Below, one piece after another: positions 1 through 7,721 of a stretch of 64,000 nucleotides of DNA. A program made the position numbers and the translations under genes. The notes under the pieces are model-generated. The model saw only the letters and a program-made list of their open reading frames with translations, did not search any database and was not told the origin of the DNA. Positions within the stretch are counted from its first letter, which is position 1, and the number at the start of each line of letters is the position of its first letter. The DNA comes from an uncultured Rhodospirillales bacterium. Lineage in GTDB: Bacteria; Pseudomonadota; Alphaproteobacteria; Rhodospirillales; UBA2165. The stretch spans positions 472,150 to 536,149 of the forward strand of contig CAJXKD010000002.1 in NCBI GenBank assembly GCA_913055735.1, given 5' to 3'.

Positions 1-2
1 CA

Positions 3-1025
3 TTGGGTATCTTTGATGTTTGGTTGAACCAAAATAGTGTTGCTGGCGCGGCCCAGATTGCGTCCACGATGCTTGTGTTCGTGCTTTGCCTGATCCTCGC
101 GGAACGTTTCAGCCGGCGCCAACAGCGCTACCATGGCGCGGGCCGCCCGTCCCGGCGGCAGATCCGTATGGTGGCGTCGGGGCCTTTCGCCGCGTTTGTG
201 GTGATCGTATGCCTGATCCCGTTGTCGCTTGGGTTCGTGCTTCCCGTTGCCGTGTTACTGTCCGATGCAGTTTTCGCCGCGGACGCCGACCTCGTAGATT
301 CGTTTCTCCAGCCGGCCGCGAACAGTTTGTTCCTGTCCGGCGCGGCGGCTCTATTGGCTGTTGCAGTCGGGCTATTCCTTGCCTATGCAGTGCGACTGCG
401 TGGCAGCCGTCTTCTCAAGGTGCTGACACGTATTACCGGGCTCGGCTACGCTGTACCCGGGGCAGTTTTGGCCGTGGGGGTGATGATCCCGCTCGCTGCC
501 TTCGATAACTGGGTGGACGGCTATTTCCGACAGATTGCCGGCATTTCCACGGGCCTTTTGCTGAGCGGGACGGTGTTTGCGTTGATTTTTGGGTATGTCG
601 TGCGGTTTCTAGCCCTTTCCCAAGGGGCGATCGAAAGCAGCTTGGCGCGGATTACGCCGAGCATCGATGGTGCCGCCCGGACGCTTGGGGCAACGCCGGG
701 CCGCGTCTTGCGAGATATCCATTTGCCGCTCATTCGAGGCAGCATGCTTTCCGCTGCCATTCTCGTTTTCGTGGACGGTATGAAGGAACTTCCGATGACG
801 ATCGTCATGCGTCCCTTCAACTTCGACACGTTGGCGACGGAAGTCCACCAGTTTGCCGCGGCAGAGCAGTTCGCGGAAGCCTCTCCGGCAGCACTGGCCA
901 TCGTGCTCACGGGGATATTGCCGGTGATCATACTGGTGCGCGTTATGGATCGTGATGCTCGCAAACGCGAGGCGGCCGGAACAAGAATAACCGGCACAGG
1001 ATTGACCAGGACCGGCATAAAATGA
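3..1025 (+). CDS. ABC transporter permease, Fe(3+)/FbpB-like, C-terminal part (5' end lies outside window)
   Basis: Frame is open from the window edge. Multi-TM hydrophobic profile with a permease cytoplasmic loop (DGAARTLGATPGRVLRDIHLPLIRG). The stop overlaps the next ATG (ATGA at 1022-1025). Confidence 0.8.
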   Translation: MGIFDVWLNQNSVAGAAQIASTMLVFVLCLILAERFSRRQQRYHGAGRPSRRQIRMVASGPFAAFVVIVCLIPLSLGFVLPVAVLLSDAVFAADADLVDSFLQPAANSLFLSGAAALLAVAVGLFLAYAVRLRGSRLLKVLTRITGLGYAVPGAVLAVGVMIPLAAFDNWVDGYFRQIAGISTGLLLSGTVFALIFGYVVRFLALSQGAIESSLARITPSIDGAARTLGATPGRVLRDIHLPLIRGSMLSAAILVFVDGMKELPMTIVMRPFNFDTLATEVHQFAAAEQFAEASPAALAIVLTGILPVIILVRVMDRDARKREAAGTRITGTGLTRTGIK

Positions 1026-2083
1026 TCGGTTTAGAGGTCAAAAACCTGTCCCACGCCTTCGGCAGCCATAAGGTTATCGACGACGTCTCGTTGACCGTCG
1101 GGCCGGGCAAGATCATTTGCCTTTTAGGACCGTCAGGGTGCGGCAAAACGACGCTGCTTCGGTTGGCCGCTGGATTGGAACGGGTGCAATCGGGCACGAT
1201 CAAGGTAGACGGCGTGAAGGTTGCCGACCGCAAGCTGCACATACCGCCAGAACAGCGCCACGTGGGCCTGATGTTCCAGGACTACGCCCTGTTTCCGCAT
1301 TTAACCGTCGGTGAGAACGTCGCCTTTGGGCTGGAAGGCCGAAATGTCGGCGATAGAAAGAGCCGAATTGATGAGGTCTTGGGCCAAGTCAATATGCTCG
1401 ATTATCGGGACGCCTATCCGCATGTGCTGTCCGGCGGGCAGCAGCAGCGGGTGGCCTTAGCCCGCGCACTAGCGCCAAAACCGGGAGTCATGCTTCTTGA
1501 TGAACCTTTTTCCGGTTTGGACGAGGCGCTCCGCATCCAGATCCGTGAAGAGACGCTCAGTGTTCTGCGGGAGGCCGGCACCGCGGTATTGATGGTGACC
1601 CATAACCCCGAAGAAGCCTTGTTCATGTCGGACAGGATGCTGGTTATGGGGCCGGGTGGCAGGATTTTGCAGGCGGGCGCTCCCGACGATGTCTACGCAT
1701 GCCCCAAAGATCCCTTTGTCGCGACGTTCTTTGGCCGCACCAACCGGCTCATGGGTGTTGTTTCCGACGGCGTGGTCGCCACGCCGCTCGGGAAATTTCC
1801 GGCACCGCATTACAGCGAGGGGTGCAAGGTGCAGGTTATTTTCCGTACGCACAGCGTCCACCTGGAGATCAACGGCAGCAACGGTATCCCGGTAGATGTC
1901 GTGTCGGCTCGGCCGATGGGGCGGGATACGCGGGTTCAGTTCAAGGTGCCTGGGCGGGGTGACCTGCCGGTTTTCTTGAGCCGCGTTCGTGGCCGGTTTC
2001 CCGAAACGCCATCGGGAAAAGTCACGGCCCGGATCGTCCCTGAAGAGGCGTTCGTATTTCATCGGGACGGCGACGCTTCTTAG
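1022..2083 (+). CDS. ABC importer ATP-binding protein (FbpC/PotA type)
   Basis: Walker A GPSGCGKTT, signature LSGGQQQR, Walker B MLLDEPFSGLD, and a C-terminal TOBE-like extension. Confidence 0.9.
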   Translation: MIGLEVKNLSHAFGSHKVIDDVSLTVGPGKIICLLGPSGCGKTTLLRLAAGLERVQSGTIKVDGVKVADRKLHIPPEQRHVGLMFQDYALFPHLTVGENVAFGLEGRNVGDRKSRIDEVLGQVNMLDYRDAYPHVLSGGQQQRVALARALAPKPGVMLLDEPFSGLDEALRIQIREETLSVLREAGTAVLMVTHNPEEALFMSDRMLVMGPGGRILQAGAPDDVYACPKDPFVATFFGRTNRLMGVVSDGVVATPLGKFPAPHYSEGCKVQVIFRTHSVHLEINGSNGIPVDVVSARPMGRDTRVQFKVPGRGDLPVFLSRVRGRFPETPSGKVTARIVPEEAFVFHRDGDAS

Positions 2084-2224
2084 CGCGTCCAAATTTTCCC
2101 GGAATCCAACGTCTAAATAGGTCTGGGAATTCTGCAGTTTAACCAGTGTGAATTCGCCCTTCCCCCATCGCGGTATCGTGGCTTAGTATGCCCGGAAAGT
2201 GGCACAGAACAATGGGCGAGGGGG

Positions 2225-3457
2225 ATGCCAGGAAGACGCGATCATAAGCGCATCCTAATTTATAGTCATGACAGCTTCGGCTTGGGGCACTTGCGCCGAT
2301 GCCGCACTATCGCGCACGCGTTGGTGGGGGATAGCTCCGGTGTATCCGTTCTGATCCTATCGGGGTCACCGATCATCGGAAGCTTCGACTTCCGGGCGCG
2401 CGTCGATTTCGTTCGCATTCCGGGGGTAATCAAGCTGCGCAACGGCGAATACACGTCGTTGAAGTTGCACCTCGATATCGAGCAAACGCTGAATCTCCGA
2501 AGTTCGATCATTCAGCACACCGCCGACGTTTTTGATCCGGACCTGTTTATCGTCGATAAGGAGCCCTTGGGTCTTCACGGGGAGGTCGGCCCGACATTGG
2601 AGCTTCTGAAGGAGCGTGGCACGCCGCTCGTCCTGGGCCTGCGGGACGTCATGGACGAGCCGGGGCTTTTGGCCCCTGAATGGCAGCGCAAGAATGTGAT
2701 GCCGGCCCTTACCCATTTATATGACGAGATTTGGGTCTATGGACTGCCGCAGATTTACGACCCGCTCTCAGGAATGGAGGTGCCGGATTCCGTTCGCCGT
2801 AAAATGGTCTTCACCGGCTATCTCCGCTACGAAATGCCCGATTCCTTGCAGGCTCAGAAACCGACCACACTAGCGGTCGAAGAACCGTATCTATTGGTCA
2901 CTGCGGGTGGCGGAGGCGACGGCGAAGGGCTGATTGATTGGGTGCTTAAAGCGTACGAGACCGATCCCACTATTCCTTATTCGGCGATGATCGTCTTTGG
3001 CCCGTTCATGCAACCCGATGACCGGGAAGCTTTCTTGAGCCGGGTCGCCAAGCTCGATCGGGTAAAAGCGATAACATTCGATGCCCGGTTTGAGGCGTTG
3101 GTCGAGCGCGCCGTCGGTGTTGTCGCGATGGGCGGTTACAACACGTTTTGTGAAATCCTGTCCTTCGACAAACCGGGGCTGATTGTTCCCCGTAAGAGGC
3201 CGAGGCTGGAACAATTCATTCGGGCATCGCGCGCGCAGGAAATCGGTTTGTTGTCCATGTTGGAGGACGACGGCGTTCGGGATCCGAAGCAGATGGCGAC
3301 CGCGCTTCGTCAGCTGCCGCAACAGAAGCGTCCCTCGGAGTTCGTCGTTCCCGGCTTGTTGGATGGCCTGCCCAATATCTGCCGCCTGGTCGACAAGTGG
3401 GTCGACCGGGAGCGTGAGCGGCCGGGTGATTTGACGGTTGTGCGGGGGTCCGCCTGA
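2225..3457 (+). CDS. GT-B glycosyltransferase, MurG-like / COG4671-type (paralog 1)
   Basis: N-terminal YSHDSFGLGHLRRC motif, TAGGGGDG, and C-terminal MGGYNTFCEIL. Paralogous to 6480-7667. Confidence 0.75.
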   Translation: MPGRRDHKRILIYSHDSFGLGHLRRCRTIAHALVGDSSGVSVLILSGSPIIGSFDFRARVDFVRIPGVIKLRNGEYTSLKLHLDIEQTLNLRSSIIQHTADVFDPDLFIVDKEPLGLHGEVGPTLELLKERGTPLVLGLRDVMDEPGLLAPEWQRKNVMPALTHLYDEIWVYGLPQIYDPLSGMEVPDSVRRKMVFTGYLRYEMPDSLQAQKPTTLAVEEPYLLVTAGGGGDGEGLIDWVLKAYETDPTIPYSAMIVFGPFMQPDDREAFLSRVAKLDRVKAITFDARFEALVERAVGVVAMGGYNTFCEILSFDKPGLIVPRKRPRLEQFIRASRAQEIGLLSMLEDDGVRDPKQMATALRQLPQQKRPSEFVVPGLLDGLPNICRLVDKWVDRERERPGDLTVVRGSA

Positions 3458-3509
3458 CAGGCATGGGGCGCTCCAAGCAACTCCCCATAAAATTCTTCAG
3501 GCAACAACC

Positions 3510-4757
3510 ATGACCACAGCTATTGTCGTCAAAGGCTATCCGCGGCTTTCCGAAACGTTTATCGCGCAGGAGATCGAGGCGCTCGAACGGTCGGGTCTTG
3601 ATATCGTGATCGTGTCGTTGCGCCATCCCACGGACAAGGATGTTCATCCCGTTCACCGTCGGATCAAGGCGCCGGTCTTTTATCTTCCGGAATATTTGTT
3701 GCGAGAGCCGTTGCGGGTTTGGCGGGCTTGGCAGGCCGTGCGTAAATGGCCGGCCTACAAAAACGCCAAATTGGTGTGGCTGAGTGATTTGAGGCGCGAT
3801 CTTACCTCCAACCGCATTCGCCGATTCGGACAGGCTTTGGTGTTGGCCCATGAAATGGCCGATACCGTCGAGCGGCTCTACGCCCATTTTCTGCACACGC
3901 CGTCTTCGGTGGCGCGATATGCTTCCATTCTCCGCGAATTGCCATGGTCGGCGGCGGCGCACGCCGTGGATATCTGGACGACCCCCGAATGGGAGTTGCG
4001 GGAAAAGCTTGAGGACGTGGCTTGGGTGACGACCTGCACCGCGGCCAACCGCGACCGTTTGCAGGCGCTGTCGCCGGATCCATCCAAAGTTTCGCTCAAC
4101 TACCACGGACTGGATGTTGCGCGGTTCGAAACGGACGGCATGATCCCGTCGGAGCGGAAGGGCGATAAGGCGACCGACCCTGTTGTCATTTTGTCGGTCG
4201 GCCGCTTGGTTCCCAAGAAAGGCTATGACGATCTTTTGGCGGCGTTGGCGAAGTTGCCGCGCACCCTTCATTGGCGGTTCATCCACGTCGGCGGCGGTCC
4301 TTTGAAAGATCGCCTGACACAGCAGGCGCGCGGCCTCGGGATCGACGGGAATATCGATTGGCTTGGCGCCCAATCTCAGGAAAAGGTCCTCGATCAGTAC
4401 CGGCGTGCGGACCTGTTCGTCTTGACTAGCCGGATCGCAAAAAATGGCGACCGGGACGGATTGCCCAATGTCTTGATGGAGGCGCAGAGCGTTGGATTGC
4501 CCTGTGTGTCGACCCGCGCGTCCGCGATCCCGGAGCTAATCGTCGATGGCGAAACCGGGTTCCTCGTCGAGCCGGGCGATATCGAGGGAATCGAGCGGCA
4601 CTTGGCGCAACTCATCGGTGATCCGGCGCTGCGCCATCAGTTTGGTAAGGCGGGACAACAGTACGTGCGTGCCCATTTCGATTTTAAGCACTGCGTCGGC
4701 GGAATCCGGAAGCTGTTTGGGTTGAAAGACGGCGCGGCGGATACACAGGTCGCATGA
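3510..4757 (+). CDS. Glycosyltransferase family 4 (WcaL/AmsK-like)
   Basis: ATG at 3510 gives MTTAIVVKGYPRLSETFI, a typical N-terminus for this group. GT1-type C-terminal domain (SRIAKNGDRDGLPNVLMEAQSVGLPCVST, ETGFLV). Confidence 0.8.
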   Translation: MTTAIVVKGYPRLSETFIAQEIEALERSGLDIVIVSLRHPTDKDVHPVHRRIKAPVFYLPEYLLREPLRVWRAWQAVRKWPAYKNAKLVWLSDLRRDLTSNRIRRFGQALVLAHEMADTVERLYAHFLHTPSSVARYASILRELPWSAAAHAVDIWTTPEWELREKLEDVAWVTTCTAANRDRLQALSPDPSKVSLNYHGLDVARFETDGMIPSERKGDKATDPVVILSVGRLVPKKGYDDLLAALAKLPRTLHWRFIHVGGGPLKDRLTQQARGLGIDGNIDWLGAQSQEKVLDQYRRADLFVLTSRIAKNGDRDGLPNVLMEAQSVGLPCVSTRASAIPELIVDGETGFLVEPGDIEGIERHLAQLIGDPALRHQFGKAGQQYVRAHFDFKHCVGGIRKLFGLKDGAADTQVA

Positions 4758-5884
4758 ATATTGCCTTCTATGCACCGATGAAACATCCCGGTGCCTCCGT
4801 TCCCTCCGGGGACGTGGCGATTGCACGCGGAATAATCGCCGCACTGGAGCAGGCCGGGCATCAGGTCGACGTCGTCTCTCGATTGCGGACGTGGCAGGCC
4901 GACCCCGATCCAGAGCGGCAGCTGCGGCTGGCGAAAATAAGCCGCCTCATGGCGCAACGCCTGATGCGGCGTTTTCGTGCCCGTCCCGCCGCGTCACAAC
5001 CCGACCTATGGTTCACCTATCATCTGTATTACAAGGCACCCGATTGGCTGGGGCCGGAAGTAAGCCGGGTGTTGGATATTCCTTACGTGGTTGCCGAAGC
5101 GTCGCATGCGCCGAAACGTTTGGGCGGGCCTTGGGACGTAGGCCATCGTGCCGCGGAAGCGGCGATCAGGGCCGCCGATCGGGTGTTCGGGTTGAACTCG
5201 CTCGATGCCGCTTGTATCCGACCGCTTCTCGACGACCCCGCCAAGCTTGTTCAACTCAGGCCATTCATGGATATTCCGCCGATGATTGAGGTCGATCAAC
5301 GGAACGCGCGACGCGACGTGATTGCCGCTCGATACCGGGTGGACGGCGACGCCGTTTGGCTGTTGACGGTGGCGATGATGCGCGATGATGCAAAATTGGA
5401 GTCCTATAGGGTGTTGGCCGACGCCTACAGGCGGCTGACGCGCCGCGATACCACGTTGTTCGTTGTCGGCGATGGCGCGGCGCGGGAAAGGGTGGAAAAG
5501 GCTTTTGCCGATCAAAAGGTTGTCTTTACCGGGCGTTTGGAGGGGGAGTTGCTCGCTTCCTTGCTGGATACAGCCGACATCTATGTTTGGCCTGCCGTGA
5601 ATGAGGCATATGGGATGGCGCTGCTCGAGGCGCAGGCGCATGGATTGCCGGTGGTCGCGGGCAGGGCCGGCGGGGTTGCGGACATTGTCCGAGACGGTAA
5701 GACGGGCCTGCTGACCCCTGAAGGTGACGCTGCGGCGATGGCGGCGGCAATCGCCGGGTTGTGTGACGACCCGACGCGGCGCAATCAAATGGGAAAAGCG
5801 GCGCGGCACACCGTTGTCGCGGAACATAGTCTTACCGCCGCGACCGCAATCCTCGATGGGGCCCTGCGGGAGATTGCCGCATGA
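4754..5884 (+). CDS. Glycosyltransferase group 1
   Basis: EAYGMALLEAQAHGLPVVAGRAGGVADIVRDGKTGLL (E-x7-E type motif). The start overlaps the upstream stop (4754/4757). Confidence 0.8.
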   Translation: MNIAFYAPMKHPGASVPSGDVAIARGIIAALEQAGHQVDVVSRLRTWQADPDPERQLRLAKISRLMAQRLMRRFRARPAASQPDLWFTYHLYYKAPDWLGPEVSRVLDIPYVVAEASHAPKRLGGPWDVGHRAAEAAIRAADRVFGLNSLDAACIRPLLDDPAKLVQLRPFMDIPPMIEVDQRNARRDVIAARYRVDGDAVWLLTVAMMRDDAKLESYRVLADAYRRLTRRDTTLFVVGDGAARERVEKAFADQKVVFTGRLEGELLASLLDTADIYVWPAVNEAYGMALLEAQAHGLPVVAGRAGGVADIVRDGKTGLLTPEGDAAAMAAAIAGLCDDPTRRNQMGKAARHTVVAEHSLTAATAILDGALREIAA

Positions 5885-6483
5885 CGATCCTCGCGATGAT
5901 CCGGCATGGCGACACGGACTGGAACCGGCAAGGACTGATCCAGGGCCACAGTGATATCCCGCTTGGCGAAGAGGGGGAGCGGGATGTCCGCAGTTGGCGT
6001 TTGCCGCCCGACCTCGAAGAATTCGATTGGATCGCAAGCCCTCTGAAACGGGCTTTGGAAACGGCACGTCTCTTGGCGAAACGGGAACCCCGCATAGAAG
6101 AGCGGCTGACGGAAATGAGTTGGGGCGAATGGGAGGGCCGAACCCTCGCAGCACTGCGCGAGGAACTGGGCGATCTCATGCGCGCCTGGGAAGCCCGAGG
6201 TCTCGATTTTCGGGGGCCCGAAGGCGAAAGCCCCCGCGATGTCCAAGACCGCGTCCGGCCATTATTGGCGGAGTTGGCGCAGGCGGGCAAACCGACGGTT
6301 GCCGTTTGCCATCGCGGCGTCATTCGATCGGTCTATGCGATGGCAACGGGATGGGACATGGTGGAAAAGGCGCCGGTGAAATTGCGCGATGCGGCGGTCC
6401 ATTATTTCATTCTGACGTCGGATGGAACGCCTGCCGTCGATCGGCTCAACGTCAAACTCGGTGCCGATCTGGAGCCGCGATGA
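5881..6483 (+). CDS. Histidine phosphatase family protein (phosphoglycerate mutase-like)
   Basis: RHG motif at the N-terminus (MIRHGDTDWN) and a second His motif (VCHRGVIRS). Overlapping start/stop with both neighbours. Confidence 0.8.
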   Translation: MTILAMIRHGDTDWNRQGLIQGHSDIPLGEEGERDVRSWRLPPDLEEFDWIASPLKRALETARLLAKREPRIEERLTEMSWGEWEGRTLAALREELGDLMRAWEARGLDFRGPEGESPRDVQDRVRPLLAELAQAGKPTVAVCHRGVIRSVYAMATGWDMVEKAPVKLRDAAVHYFILTSDGTPAVDRLNVKLGADLEPR

Positions 6484-7667
6484 CGCGCAAAAATGTCTTT
6501 TTTTATGTCCAGCACCTGTTGGGGATCGGTCACCTCAAACGGGCGGCGACACTTGCGCGCGCCATGTCCGAGGAAGGACTGGACGTCACCGTGGTATCGG
6601 GGGGCGAGGAAGTCGACGTGCTTGACCAACACGGCATGACCTTCGTGCAACTTCCGCCGATCCGCACGCGCGATCGCACTTTCAGCGGACTGGTCGACGC
6701 TAGTGGAGAAGATGTCGGCGAAGACCTCAAGCAACGCCGCGCGGCCGTATTGATCGATGCGTTTACATCGGTCCGACCCGACGTGCTGATCGTCGAACTG
6801 TATCCTTTCGGGCGCCGGCAACTCCGCTTCGAGTTGGATCCGTTGCTCGATGCCGCGGACGCCATGCACCCGCGTCCGGTGATCGTGTCGTCGGTGCGCG
6901 ATATACTGGTTGAAAAGAACCGTCCGGAGCGGGACCGGCAGATGGTCGACACGGCCAAGGCCCGTTTCGATGCCGTCATGGTGCACGGCGATCCGGCGTT
7001 CATCCCCCTCGATGCGACGTTCCCGTTGGCCAAGGAAATCGCGGATATGATCCATTACACCGGCTACGTGGTGGAGAAAACGCTTGCCGATGCCGAGGGC
7101 GGAATACAGGGGGCGGGTGAGGTGATCGTTTCCTCCGGCAGCGGCGCGGTGGGCGAACTGTTGCTGAGGACCGCGATGGCGGCGCGGCCACGCACGGGCC
7201 TGTCGCAGGTGACGTGGCGTCTGTTGGCCGGTCCGAGTTTGCCAGACGACGTGTTTATGGATCTAAAGGCTGCGGCGCCGGATGGGGTCATCGTTGAACG
7301 GGCGCGGCGCGATTTCGTGACGTTGTTGAAGAACTGCCGGTTATCGATCTCGCAGGGCGGCTATAACACGGTCATGGAAATTCTGGCAACGGGGGCAAAG
7401 GGAATTGCCGTGCCCTATGCCGGGGGGCATGAAACCGAACAGACACTGCGGACCCGGTTGCTCGCCGAAAGAGGCGCAATTCTGCAGATTCCCGAATCGG
7501 AACTGAATATCGACCGTCTTATCGACATGATCGAGCGCGCGGAAGGCCTTCCCAAACCGAAACCTTATCCATTGGACATGAACGGCGCCGAAAAAGCGGC
7601 CAAATTGGTCGCAACCTGGGCAGCACACGGCCTTGAAAGCGGCATTGCGGCTAATCAATTGGATTAA
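6480..7667 (+). CDS. GT-B glycosyltransferase, MurG-like / COG4671-type (paralog 2)
   Basis: ATG at 6480 gives MTRKNVFFYVQHLLGIGHLKRA, with SQGGYNTVMEIL near the C-terminus. The longer ORF from 5994 overlaps the phosphatase gene out of frame and was trimmed. Confidence 0.75.
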   Translation: MTRKNVFFYVQHLLGIGHLKRAATLARAMSEEGLDVTVVSGGEEVDVLDQHGMTFVQLPPIRTRDRTFSGLVDASGEDVGEDLKQRRAAVLIDAFTSVRPDVLIVELYPFGRRQLRFELDPLLDAADAMHPRPVIVSSVRDILVEKNRPERDRQMVDTAKARFDAVMVHGDPAFIPLDATFPLAKEIADMIHYTGYVVEKTLADAEGGIQGAGEVIVSSGSGAVGELLLRTAMAARPRTGLSQVTWRLLAGPSLPDDVFMDLKAAAPDGVIVERARRDFVTLLKNCRLSISQGGYNTVMEILATGAKGIAVPYAGGHETEQTLRTRLLAERGAILQIPESELNIDRLIDMIERAEGLPKPKPYPLDMNGAEKAAKLVATWAAHGLESGIAANQLD

Positions 7668-7721
7668 GAACGTAATTTCGCTAGGCTAATTGGCGGCAGA
7701 CCCGCCAAAAACAACAGGGTC

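Noticed and set aside
3216-4373. 385-aa ORF on the minus strand
   Set aside because: It is antisense to the well-supported GT4 gene. Its Arg/Pro/Gly-rich, low-complexity translation is typical of spurious antisense frames in high-GC DNA. The same reasoning applies to 5006-6154(-), 9798-10859(-), 23523-24410(+), 34436-35461(+), 38623-39699(+), 43144-44247(+), 58802-60211(-) and 60818-61756(-).
5994-6479. 5' extension of the second MurG-like glycosyltransferase ORF (557 aa as listed)
   Set aside because: The extension overlaps the histidine phosphatase gene in another frame and translates to Arg/Gly/Pro-rich sequence. The ATG at 6480 gives the conserved N-terminal motif and a 4-nt overlap with the upstream stop.
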